Shown here one piece after another: positions 14,479-27,842 of a stretch of DNA of 64,000 nucleotides. The DNA is from the human T2T-CHM13v2.0 reference genome, Homo sapiens, in assembly GCF_009914755.1 (NCBI RefSeq), contig NC_060931.1; one strand, 5' to 3'. The notes below the pieces were generated by a model that was not told where the DNA came from, did not search any database, and was given only the letters and a program-made list of their open reading frames with translations. Position numbers and translations under genes: made by a program. How positions within the stretch are numbered: the first letter of the stretch is position 1; the number at the start of each line of letters is the position of its first letter.

Positions 14479-17400
14479 GTATATTAAAAAGGAAAACTGT
14501 GACAATATGATGAGAATAATATAGGTCAGAGACATAGGTTAGAGGAAGAAGAGTTAGACTTGGACGACATTTCAACTGAAAATAAGCCAAACCTTGGTTG
14601 TGATATATGGAATAAAAGAGACTGTCCTTTCCATCAGTTTCTTGATTCTCAAGACTAAACTAGAACAGAATCAGTGTCCTTAAGAGAATTGTGCTGGGGT
14701 GGTTGGTATTCACTCCATTTTATTTACATTTTTATCAATTTACTAGAAAATCTAGCTGCTTAATTTCTGGTGCATTTGGAGGCCATCAGGTGTTCTTTAA
14801 ATGCAGCCTCTCAAGAAAATAAAGTTTCATCAAAACCATCTGGCAAGTCTACATTTACAAGGGAACAGAGTGGCAGACCCAACCTGTTTGGGATACATAT
14901 TTCATGCAATATGGTATCAAGTTAGGCAAAAATGCTACCAATCTCTTGTTTGAAAATGGTCAATTGGAGGTCGCTTTATTGCTGCATGTTCTATTATTAG
15001 CTATATAAAATTTGCAGTTTGTTTACTCGTTTTTGTCATCTGCGTTCAGTTTCATAATAAGCTATACACAACACACGTTCTACTAAGCACTGACACAGGA
15101 AAGAAAACAATTGTAACCAGAAGTGGGTGTTGATGCCTAATACATGTAAATGTAGCAAGAAACCATTAGACAATGAAAGTTAGCTCCCAGATGGTGGTAC
15201 CATCTGGAACATAAATCCATAAAGGTACTTCTGTAGTATTTTTGTAATAAAAAATCAGGCCTTACTGAGAATTTTTAATAGCCACTTACGAAGTTCACTG
15301 TTAACATTAGTGTTGATAAATGACAATTATATGTATATATATACAAAGTTACATTCATGAAGGTAGGCTCTGGAAGCTTTAGGCCTCTGTTAAAGGAAAA
15401 GTGTATCATAAACTAATTGGTCTCTAGGAGAATGCTTGCAGCTGGTTTAGTAATTGGGATGTGAAAAATTTTAATTCCATATAGTATAGAAAACAATGTT
15501 TGTATATAAAGACTTTTCTCTTTGTTTTCCCGTTTAAATCCCTCCAAATATTAACTAAGTATTTAATTTTATTTTACATACTCATTGCACAGCCAGGTGA
15601 ATAAGAAAAAGAATTAGTAATTTATTTTCAGCTTTAAAGTAAATAACAAATTAAGTCCTTCTGCTGTAATGTGATTTTCTCTACAGTGGGTTGGAAAATG
15701 AGAATGACTTCTTCTGAACATCATCATAAAAGGTGTCCTTCTGAACATCATTATGTTAACCATGATGTAGACCCGTGGCATTCCCCAGACAGTATGGTAG
15801 TAATTGTTCTCTCTACAGATAATTTGCACAAAACTCCCAAATTTATACTTGTGATATTCCTTTTGGAAACAATACAAGTGACATCAATTTAGAAACTTAT
15901 TTTCTGTAGGCTATTTTTAGAAAATTGTATTCTTTAATGGATATTTAAAAGGCCATAGCAACAACAAGCCTATCTATATGCCACGATTTTATTTACATAT
16001 TTATGTATTTTTTAACATTGAATTGGTTCCACTGTTGCTGTTTTGTATGGAATGAGAGTTGAAGAACTTAACGGCTGAATTTTAATGTGATCTGAGAAAT
16101 GTGCAATAAACAGCAGACAGATTGATTTCCTGGAAACCTGTCATAATGCGATTGCACAGGATATAGGCCCAGCTCCAAGCTGATTCCCTGACTGCAAGCA
16201 GGGATACTGCTGACCATGAAATCCCCCTTGTTTCCATATTAGAACTTATTTAGGAAACATGACATTTGTTGGGAGATAACAGCAGATTCTGGAAAGATCT
16301 TTGTGGTTATGGTGTGGATACACACACACACACACACAACACAGTACCTCTCATCCTCAGAGTGCCACTCTCTGCCTTCAAGTCCCTATATTTGAAAATT
16401 AAATTGAAAACTTACTAACTTTTGATCCATTATGCATTTTATTGGTATAAATTCTTCAAATGTCAAGCATGAGTAATTCACAAAACAGATGAATTGGATC
16501 CTCTCATTTGTGAAGCTCAGCACTTCATCTTTGTCGTACCTCTGTAATGGAATAGGTTTAGTTATTAGCTGAATATAATTTTATAAAGATGTGTATTTGA
16601 AAGTAAAATGGAATTCATGATTTCATCCACGAGTGGCATATTTAAATTCTGCTCACAGCTAAGTGTTACATATAATTTCATCTTGGAATTTTAAACATCT
16701 TTAGTAGATGCACGGATTTTTAGCATTAAATATGTCCTGTGTGTTCATTCTTAGCTCCCCAGTGCCAGAAACATCAACAAAAGGATATGGGAGAGTCTAA
16801 CAGGACTAATGTTGTTAGAGAAATCAGCATTAGTCAATGCTCTGTTTCAGCAGCAGAGGATTGGAAGCTCAGGAACCAGTTCCATTTCTGTCTGTTTTTG
16901 TCTGCCAGATGCATAGGATATGTCCCCAGAAAGGTTTAGTGGGATATGACAGAGTCGAAAACCAAATTAGCAGCCCTGGACTGTGACTGTGAACTGGGGT
17001 GAAATAGATCAGCACAAATTTCTCCCATCTTCCCTGTTAGACCAATTGTGAGTGTTTTTCTGTTTGAAATCATTATAAATCTGAAACGAGTAGGCTAAAT
17101 AAAAAGCTACCAGACTAACTGCATGATACTAGTGTCAGTTTACTCAAATGCAAGACTAAAAAACTATCTTCTGGTTCATAAAGAACATTGAAATTTTATC
17201 TCCTATTAGTAGCATAAAAAAGTCACACTTAGTGTGTTGTTTCATTTTATAGATTAAGAATATCGGCTGAGCATTACTCTTAAGAGTTGAGATTATGGCT
17301 AGTAATTTATCTCTGATGGGGTGGAATACAGTATAATTTCACTTATTTTTTTCACTTGCTTAGTACTGAGCATAGACATGATATCTAAAATTGCTTTCCT

Positions 17401-19249
17401 TTTAGTTGCAAGAAGATTAATATTTATTCTACACTTGCATATGAAAATTGGTACACAGTGTCTCATGTTCCAAGACACACTCAGTAACAAATGAATAAAG
17501 TTCAAGGCTTGAATAGCACCTTTCACCCCTACCACTAGACGCTGTAACTAATCAAAGTAAAGAGAGAAAATTTAGTTCTAAATGTTAAATAAATGAGTTG
17601 TACACCAATGAATGTTTGACAACTAGCAATGTCCATAAATCTGGAGCATTTATTCTTGTAGACTCTACCTTTCATTTTCTACTCTGCTATCAAGCACTTT
17701 AACATAGTGTGCCTTGCCTTCTCATCTAGGTGAGCTAGTATCAACGTCTTCTTTATGCAGATTAATGTTTTATGTCCTAGATCTAGTGCCATTATATCAT
17801 TTTTCCTAATTTAACCATACAAAGGATGTTCTCCTCCTCCCAGAGTTCCTTATTCAATTTTCATAAACTTTTTAACTATCTGCTTTGTTGTTGTTTGTTT
17901 TTGTTTTCAGAGAAAATAGTAAATTGAAATGAGGAAGGAATTAAGTGACCTTTAACTACCAAAGATTTAGAGAGTTGGTGATTCTATAAGAATTAGTAAC
18001 TATTCTAGAAAAGGCATAGAACAGGAATTATTGTATATAAGGAGGGAAAGAGAGGGATGGATCTCATGGAAACTCAATCAACTTGCTATAATATTATGTA
18101 TTTCATATTACATGACATTATATTTAAAATATATAATATAAGTAAATCCCATCCCAATTTTCACTTATGAATTGAATTAATGTTTCAGTTATGAATGAAT
18201 TAAGCCAGTTGCTAAGTTGTCATAGAGCTTAGTAACTTCCCATACAATTCCTTTTAACTCAAGAAAAAAATGTGTACTCTGGGTGTGGGTAATATTAAAA
18301 TCATTAGATATTATAAGTCAATAATGAATAAACATGCAATACACCTTGGTTGGTTAATATGCTGATAGAAATTTCAGGTTACTGGGCTGTCACCCCAAAT
18401 TCTAGGCAAACTATACTTAACTATTATATAACATGTAAGTAAGGAAATTCTTGAGTGAACCACTATGTTTTAATATCTTAGGAAAGATTACACTTCTTTT
18501 CAATTATTACTTCTTGGGGATCAACTGGAAACTTAAGTTATTATCTTTGTCATCATCTTTCCTTGAATTGCAGACAGCATTAATTTTTTCATATGTGATA
18601 TTAATCCTCAAAATAAAGGTAACTCATTGTGGCAGATGTGCAAACAGCAGCAACTTATGATTTGCTTGACTGGAATATGAATTATACATTCCTCTAAATG
18701 TGTAATTGGAGAAGAAGATTTTATTAAAGACATCTCCAAATGATCTCTAAAATAGTACATGCAGGAAATATTAATGCCATGGGTCTGGAATCACCTACAT
18801 TTGATATTGCAGGCAAGGTATATACCTTTTTTGACTTGGGTAGCATTCTAATAATGAGTGGACAGAAATTTGAGCTCTTTACTGTCACTGCCTATTTCAC
18901 TTGTAGCCTATTTAATCTCTCTAAGACTTTAATTTACTATCACCTCACAATCACTGTCCTCAGGGTCTATGTCATGAGGAGACTGATGATGACAATATTA
19001 CATTATTTCTTTGAAAAATAATCCTGTTGGACAGGATTCTGAATTCTACCCTTAATTACAGAGTACTAGAGTCAACATCAAACATGCTTTTTATTACTTT
19101 CTGATATTGAGTATTATAGAGTATTGGAGCAAACTGTAACCATATGGTAGTACTCAGTAAAACAAAATGTAAGAAAAGCAATGACAAATTTTTAGAGGGG
19201 TGATGGTATCATGAATGGAAAAAACCTCAAAGAACAACTAGACTATAAG

Positions 19250-19605
19250 AATATTTATTATGTGTCAAAGATTATCTCAGTTAACTGTCACTTTAACTCT
19301 TACTGTTATTATCTCCATTTTAGAAATAAAAAGAAAAAACCAGATTCTGGAAGATGAAGTCATTTACCTGAGGTTATATTCCAACTATATAGTTTGGGGT
19401 TACCTAAGGTTATATAGTTGGAATATTACCTGAGGATATATAGTTGGAATATAACCTCAGGTAAATGACATCATCTTCCTGAATCTTGTTTTTTTCTTTT
19501 TATTTCTAAAATGGAGATAATAACAGTAACAGTACATAGTACAGTTGGAATATAACCTCAGGTAAATGACATATATATGTAGCAGTGGGGCAGGGCAGGA
19601 TTCTT
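19250..19605 (-). mobile_element. MIR disrupted by the fold-back duplication
   Basis: TTATTATCTCCATTTTAGA...GTCATTTACCTGAGGTTATA, resuming after the insertion as GTAGCAGTGGGGCAGGGCAGGATTC. Confidence 0.65.
19300..19529. repeat. ~92-bp inverted repeat (arms 19300-19391 and 19437-19529) derived from a MIR
   Basis: Arms are reverse complements differing by 3 substitutions and 1 indel; 45-bp spacer. Confidence 0.97.
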
Positions 19606-19861
19606 GCTAAAAAGAAAATGCTGGAATAATGTGAACCCAGGGATGGGTAAATAGCAGAACAGGAAAAATGGCAGATTAGAGAATACCTGGATTTAGAGCT
19701 CATTGTGCTATGGTGGAAACTGCATGGGCTTTCGAATAACATTGTTCTAGTAGTGAATCTCTGTCATCAGCTTGCTATCATGGGCAATTTACTTTATCAA
19801 ACCCTAAGTTCTTATAAAGTAGTGTTAATATTTTTCACCTGATTGTTATGAGACTTTAAAT

Positions 19862-19886
19862 ACACACACACACACACACACACACA
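19862..19886. repeat. (CA)n microsatellite
   Basis: About 12 AC units. Confidence 0.95.
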
Positions 19887-20518
19887 GTTTTTTGTTTGTT
19901 TGCTAACATTTGGTTGGTTGGTTGATTGGCTGTTTTGTTTTTTTAACTTTATGGAGGAGACCTGGAGTCTTATGAAACACTCAAGCTTTGCAACAGACTA
20001 AACTCAGTGAACTAGGCTCTTGACACTTAGGAATCACCAGAACACAGAATGGTATGAACAATGGCAGATCGAGGATTGGCAATAATTGTAAGTTTGTGAA
20101 GACAAAGTGGTGGAACTAGGGAAGACATATAGGAACGGCTCCAGCCATGGACGTGGAAATAAGCATGGGGCTGAAATCCACAGCAGGAGAAAATGAGGGA
20201 CCATGAAGAATTGTGAGCAGTTAATAAAGACTCTGAAACAGAAACTAAAATAAAATTCACCTGTCAAAATGTAGACAGTAGTGGATAGGAGTTCACCGAT
20301 AGCAAGGATGGCTGGAGGCTGACCCTGGAATGTAGAGCTTTCTGGTCACAACTGGCCCTGAGAGCTTGGACCATAAGGACCAGCAGATCAGCCCAGCTTT
20401 CAGGGTGGAAGGAGTGTCCAGCTCAGCTGCAACACCCACAGAGGGAGAAAACCATGGTTCTGCGGGGCATGTGAGAGACGAGGGTGGAGCTTGTGATTGT
20501 GCTGGTGTAGCAGTGTAT

Positions 20519-21122
20519 AACTTTCATGGATAAAAATATTCACTATGTTAGATATTCTTCCCTAACCTAGAATAAGATTCAGAGCAGTACTGGCTTTAAC
20601 CACAGCGCTCATCGTCACTCTCACAGGAAATAATGTGTCTGGTGACAGCAACAAAAAGCATCATTATGGGAGAGGATTTCGGTCCGGTTTTGTGTCTCAG
20701 ACTCTACACTGTCTCTGACTGAAGGGGTTTCCTCCATGATCATTTGGCTGAGTCTTTCTAGTCATTCAGAACACTGCTCAAATGTCATCTTCTCAAAAAG
20801 GCCTTCTCTGATCATCCCACCTAATACTATCTCTTCCTCCACCCCCAGCTATTCTTGTGTCAGGATAGCAAATTTCACTCAAACACCAACTCCTGCTTAG
20901 CAGCGATGTAATTTTTTTGTGTGTGTGTCAAGTCTATAATTAACCAGGCCTCCGTCTGGTGTACTCTATGCACTGGATAATGAGAAAAAAACAAATAAAA
21001 TAAACTTTTAATCCAATCCAAAGTTTTTTTAAAAAAATGAAAATAATCGTGACAGTGTACAGGATTATTCAACTTTCATGGATAAAAATATTCACTATGT
21101 TAGATATTCTTCCCTAACCTAG
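20519..21122. repeat. Perfect 52-bp dispersed direct repeat (20519-20570 and 21071-21122)
   Basis: AACTTTCATGGATAAAAATATTCACTATGTTAGATATTCTTCCCTAACCTAG present twice, identical. Confidence 0.97.
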
Positions 21123-21317
21123 CTTCCCTCCCTAAGCAAATCACTGGATATACTGGGAGAGAAAGGAGGTTTCTGTGGCCAGGTAGTAAGAAGGGAGATT
21201 CAGGAGTCATGGGAGGAATCAGCAACTTAGGACTTCAGGGTAGTGTTCTTTATCCAGGTAGTTGCTGCTTGTCCTGTTGTCATTCTTGACTGAAACCTGC
21301 AGTGGTGTAATTGGTAA

Positions 21318-21950
<633 letters not shown>

Positions 21951-22186
21951 TAATTAATGAGGTGTAGAAGCAGGAGCACTCTCTGCCCTTCCTGTTTCTT
22001 TGATTTATCTAACACCCTCTATCTAATACTATCCCATTACCTCAGCACGAATGCCCTCATCTAGCTTCTCCAGGGAAAGATCCCAGGACACGTAAAGCTT
22101 ATTTGTTTCTCTATATATTGTCACTTTAGTCTTTGCTAAGCAGAAGCATGATCATCTTCATCATCTTCTTACCTCAAAGTTTTCAA

Positions 22187-22306
22187 TTTTTTTTTTAAAG
22201 AGATGGAGTCTTGCTATGTTGCCTCCGAACTCCTGGGCTCAAGCAGTCCTCCCACCTCACCCTCCCAAGTACGTAGAACTATAGGTGCACAGCACCACAC
22301 CTGGCT
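22187..22306 (-). mobile_element. FLAM / Alu monomer
   Basis: AGAGATGGAGTCTTGCTATGTTGCC...AACTCCTGGGCTCAAGCAGTCCTCCCACCTCA. Confidence 0.85.
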
Positions 22307-22599
22307 AAGGCCTTCACTTTTAACAATTAAGGTCCTGTTTTTATATATCAGAACTGAGCAATTTATATTTCACTCTATGTGAAATGTTGCTATAAGAAAT
22401 CCTAACTGCCTTCAGACCTTTTTGTTCAGAAAAGTCTTGTGTTCACAAAGGCAAAGGAAAAAAAGGGAGGGTTGATCATTTTCAAACATTATGCCCTTAA
22501 GAACCAAGAGGTAATTATATTTCTCACTATTTAATTTAGTTCTGAACGTTGAACATAAGCACATACGGATACATTCTAGTGTATATGTATCAAGAGAAT

Positions 22600-22965
22600 G
22601 ATAAAGTTAACTAACATTTGTTGAGTGACCACCATGCACATTGTACTTTTCATCACTTCATTTCATCTTCCCTTAAGTAAGGATCTATATAGCAATCTTG
22701 CAAAATGCTTACCTTGTAGTAGGCTAAATGCCCTATCCCTTTCTTTATTTGTAACTTAAAATTTAAGTAATTTTTTAAACATCAAGGCATTTTTTTTATT
22801 TCCATTTTCCATATCTGATGTTCACACCAATCCTGTTGGTATAAAGCAAGGTTGCTAGTAGGTCTCTGTTTTACAGACGAAAACAGGTTCACAGAGCTTA
22901 AATGACTGATTGCGATGTCAAATAACAACATGGTGGAGCTATGAATAGAATGCATGGAAGGAATG
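22600..22965 (-). mobile_element. MIR fragments
   Basis: CTAACATTTGTTGAGTG... and CTGTTTTACAGACGAAAACAGGTTCACAGAG. Confidence 0.55.
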
Positions 22966-23394
22966 CCTTTTTGCTCCTCATTTGCAAGCTGCCTCATGTT
23001 AACAATTATCATATGGTCATGTAGCATTATAGTAAGCAATAGAAAATTAATTGTGCCCATATACAAAGTGTGTAATGCTGTGGCAATATAATTCTGAATA
23101 TTACTCTTAACACAGATCACCAATTTGGTTAAATTTGTTTAAAAATAAGCCAGAAGAAATAGAATATTATAACATCCCCACTAAATCACTTCCCTGTTCT
23201 TCAAATCACATACTGACAATTGCCAGAAAATGATTATGGTAAGATGGGAAATAGATGAAGTTTCAAAGGCAAATACCTATCATCATAATCAATCCTTAAA
23301 AATGCTTCTGACTTCTATTAGAAAATAATGCATTAGGTTTTAACATGTAGTTACTTTGTAAGTGTTTTCCCTTTTGAGTTTCTATGAGGCCCCA

Positions 23395-23648
23395 GCTATG
23401 TAAGTGGTTGCATGCACAGAGGGAAAAATGAACCTGGCTCAAATTCTCCTACCACAATTTCCTAGTTGTGTGACCACAGGCAAGTCACTTAACCTTTCAA
23501 CATCTCAATATTGAAACCTTTCAACCTTTCAATACCTTTTCTCTTCTGTGTTATTAGTCTCTATTTGATGGGCTGGTTATGAGGCTTAAAACACATAAAC
23601 CAACTTACAATGTGCCTGGCACAGGGTAAGCAATTCTTAGCCATTACT
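23395..23648 (+). mobile_element. MIR
   Basis: CTAGTTGTGTGACCACAGGCAAGTCACTTAACCT...GTGCCTGGCACAGGGTAAGC. Confidence 0.75.
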
Positions 23649-23760
23649 AGAGTATAAGCTGCTGAAAACAGAAATCCTTGTCTTTGTTCAGTATCATAAC
23701 TCCAGAGTCAATAACAGTGATTGGCCTAGAAAGGCACTTTCAAATACATGTCAATTAATT
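23649..23760 (+). mobile_element. L2 3' end
   Basis: AGAGTATAAGCTGCTGAAAACAGAAATCCTTGTCTTTGTTCAG. Confidence 0.55.
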
Positions 23761-24544
23761 AGATACCTAGTGTTTAACCAAGTAAGCAAAGTAACCAAGT
23801 AAACATTGTGGCGCTAACTAGCCACACTAGTCATTTCATATTATGAGCCCTCTAAGTCAATTAAGACATTAAACTTGACCTCCTCTTATTCATATTAAAT
23901 TGTTGTTTTCCCACTATATGATGTATGTGCCTGTGTGTGGGGGAAGGGAGAGGGGAGGTAAGTGGCAAATATTGCTTTTATCCATAACCTCACGAATTTC
24001 ATCTTACTCCTACTTTCAAAATATCCATTATACTCTCTCTCTTTCCAAAAGAGATTTGTGTTGACTCATATTATAGGACAATGCAACCTAATAAAATGGT
24101 AATAGGAAATTACAGCCAATAAAAGGAAAAGAAAGAAATATCTAAACTATAAGAGGAGCTGCTGGGTTTGAGCATCACAATTGACTCTAAGCTTTTGCAC
24201 CACCCTTAACTTTTCCAAATGCCAGCAAGAAAGGTTGGCCTCATCTCTTGACTAGAGTGGTAAATTAGGTAGTCATCACCACAGACCATTTTTTAGAAGT
24301 AGTTGGATTGTTCTGCAACACCAGTGTATTTCTCACTTTGGCCTAGCATTGGTGCATAATGGTAAGCTACAGATATGTAAAAGAGCAGTGACAGAATAGC
24401 TTGGATTTGTTTAGAAATGCTCTTACTGTGCACTGTTATTTTATACTATGTTGACTAGCTTACTGTATGCTTACTATGCACTGAATAGCTTAGAGTGGCA
24501 TTCTGAGCTTCAAATGAAGCACTACCATTTAAATTTAAGAGACA

Positions 24545-24765
24545 GAGAAGAACACCAAGCAAACGCTAATGTAAACTATGGACTTTGCGTGATAAAAATA
24601 TGTCAAATGTAGCTTCCTCAGTCGTCACAAACATACCACTGCGGCACTGGATGTCCACTGTGGGGAAGATTATAATGGGGAGGAGACAAGAGGCTTATGG
24701 GGACTCTTTGTACTGCTTAGCTTTGCTGTAAACCTGAAGCTGCTCTAAAAATGAATGTTTATTAA
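24545..24765 (+). mobile_element. L1MC/MD 3' end
   Basis: CTAATGTAAACTATGGACTTTG...TTTGCTGTAAACCTGAAGCTGCTCTAAAAAT. Confidence 0.8.
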
Positions 24766-26948
24766 TCTAAAGAAAAAATTCTGAATAATTTACAAAATCT
24801 ATTGTAAAAAATTACAAAGGGGGCACTCATCATACTACCTTCATGTGGCTATAGTTTTAATTGTCTTTTTGGTGCTTGCTTTTAATTGTCTCTTTTTTTG
24901 CTTGAGGTTCAGTAAATTTATATAGTAAATATTAATTGGATGAAAAAAAAGAAGAGGGGGAAAGAGAACTATATAGAACTGCTTACACTCTAAGGCGGTT
25001 GGCTGGGAGAAGGGTCTGCAGTCAAGCATGCTACACAAATTGGGACAGTATTTATCTGAACTTGAGTTGACTGAAGTAAGATAGAGCCAGCTAAATAGTT
25101 CAGCAACACATGTTGGATATTTGTATTCCATGCTTGCAAGGTAGGATCAGCATGAGTATCTATAATTATTACAAGGCACGCAAACTGAAGTCAAAACTGG
25201 TAAGAGTTGCTTTCTTTTTAAAAATTATTGTCACAAACTTCTCAATTTATTTCTCATCACCAGTGTTTTTCTCTTCAAAATTCTTTGAATGGATTCTATC
25301 CATTATATTTGAATGCTAACAATGTAATAAAGATAATAATAATAATGTTATTCTAACCATTCATTCATCATGCATTACACATTAATTCAATTTGGAGCAA
25401 ACATTTGGAGTAATTTGGAGCAAACATACACAAGAAATACACTTTATAAAGTCTATTTGATTTGTAATTACTCTGTTAGGTTTTAGGATCACCCCTAAGT
25501 CTAGCCCAAATAAGAAATATGTTCTAAAACATTTGCACTAAAGTATACTAGAAGGATAATAGATATGGTAATGTCATATGGTTTGTGACACTTTTAAATT
25601 GTCCTTTATCGCCCATAAATTTTCACTTACGTCACACATTTAAATTGACTTTATATCACCCATAAATTATCACTTAGTCATACTACCTATACCATTGATA
25701 TCAGTAAGTTCTGATAATTTTTAGGCAAAAAAACCTTGTCAATGAAGTAGCATTTTCCTTGGAACCAAGCACTGCTAGTATCATCTTTTCTTTATTCCAA
25801 AGGCCCATAGAAAGAGTGGAAATTAACTTACCTTCAGTGTAAATAATGAATCATGAAAAAAGATTGATTTTTCCAGTGTAGTATGAAAAATGAAGAACTT
25901 TTTTAAAAATTTAAACCTCTAACAGGTGGAGATTTGCATAAATATTTTTGAATAATATAATTATACCTATAAGAAAAAAACTGAGTTGAAGTAAAAAGCC
26001 CTACTAACAATTCATATGCCTGACTCTATAGCAATTCCTTTACTGGCCTGTAGCTATAATGTTTTCTATCAGACTAGAGGGACAGGGTCTTTTATCTCTT
26101 TCTTAGACAAGCTGGGAAAATAACCATCCTGAAGATTTTGTAAGTATAGCCAAGTAAAATAGAAGGAAAACTTGATTCTCTCTAATTTAATAATATGGTA
26201 AACCATTAACATTTTCCCTTGATTATGTATTTTTACACAAAGGATAGGACCTTAGAGTGTTCTCCTTGGTTCAAATGATAAAATTCATTTGAATTTTATA
26301 GGAACCAGGGAAATAAGTATTTTCTGCACCTTTGCTGTAGGGAACAATTGAAATAAATGTATTGAAATTCATGACTCACACTTGACTACAGGCAATATCA
26401 ACATAAAATGCATGGTTGTAGTGTTGCAGATGTGTTGTGAGGCATTATGCTTATAGCCTCATCAGCTAGAAACAAAGGAAAAGCAAAATCTCCTAACTTT
26501 TTAACTAAGAAGCTTACAATGTGTCCTCCGCTACCTTGGGATTTGTTTTTAAGAAAAAAATATAAACATATGTTATAAATTCCTGAGTTTTTAAAATTTC
26601 AAATATGGAACATACTCTTAGAGTTTAAAAAGGTAATATTTATATTTCAATTAAACATTTAGAAGATCATTTTCATCTTACACAAATTTTACCAGTATAC
26701 ATGTTTGATTAAAATATTTATATATATATATGTTTGACATTAAGGTGAAAATTATACCAAATGTTTATAAAATTTCAGCTTTCTTGTATAATAAAATTGG
26801 CTTAATATTTTAAAAATAGATATATTATCAAACTTTCAAATCTCTGGTTTACTATTTACTCATGGAAATAAAATGGTGTTTTCTTTACCTTGATTTTGAA
26901 ATGCTTTTTAATTTTAGTGAGTTTGTGAACTGATAAGAAACTTGGTAT

Positions 26949-27088
26949 GGTTTGGTATGGTGGCTCATGCCTGTAATCTCAGCACTTGGGGAGGCCAAGA
27001 TGGGCTGATCACTTGAGGCCGGGAGTTCAAGACCAGCCTGGCCAACATGGCAAAACCCCATCTCTAAATATATATATATATAAAATAT

Positions 27089-27120
<32 letters not shown>

Positions 27121-27292
27121 TTAGCCTGGTGTGGTGGCACGTACCTGTAATCCCAGCTATCGGTGGCTGAAGCACAAGAATCACTTGAACCTAGGAGGCC
27201 GAGGCTGCAGTGAGCCGAGATCGCGCCACTGCACTCCAGCCTGGGTGACAGAGTAAGACTGTCAAAAAAAAAAAAAAAAAAGAAAGAAAGAA
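26949..27292 (+). mobile_element. AluS (Sz-like) with a microsatellite in the middle A-rich linker
   Basis: Full dimeric Alu with GATCACTTGAGGCCGGGAGTTC; linker (TA)n(CA)nA20; A/GAAA tail. Confidence 0.96.
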
Positions 27293-27842
27293 GTATGAGC
27301 TTATAGATTTACAAAGAAACTAGAAATGTATTTAACTGCAAAGAAATGTTTATTCCTTATAATGAACTTATAACATCAAAATATATATTATTATTTTCAA
27401 CAGTTTTTTTATGGTATAGATATAAAAAAGATGGTGAAAATATAAAAAATTATCTATTTTTAGGGAATATTTTAAAATGTAGGCTAGAGATTTCTAAAAT
27501 GTTTATTCTGATAATTCTCAATATGAATTTTCTGTCTGGTTTGCATAAATACCCCCTCTTAACGGAGAAATAGAATACTCAAATATAGAGGAAATATGTA
27601 AGCCATTATTACATGGGGGCAATAGGAGGGTGAAGAATACTGATACCAGCCCCCAACAGAAACTCCTGTATTCAATAATCAAGAATTTTATTCATTAAAA
27701 GACTTTAAGGTTTAAACTGATGAGATTACCATGATTTTTGACAATAGAGATCAGTTTTCACATGGCAAATAAATGAGCAGATTGAATATTGACTATATGT
27801 AATGAGTTCTGCATCTGTGCTAAATTATTCTTTTACCACACT

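Noticed and set aside
15711-15751. 14-bp direct repeat CTTCTGAACATCAT with 27-bp period
   Set aside because: Only two units; a trivial local duplication, not an array
23939-23958. G-rich tract as possible G-quadruplex
   Set aside because: Only three runs of 3 or more G plus one GG
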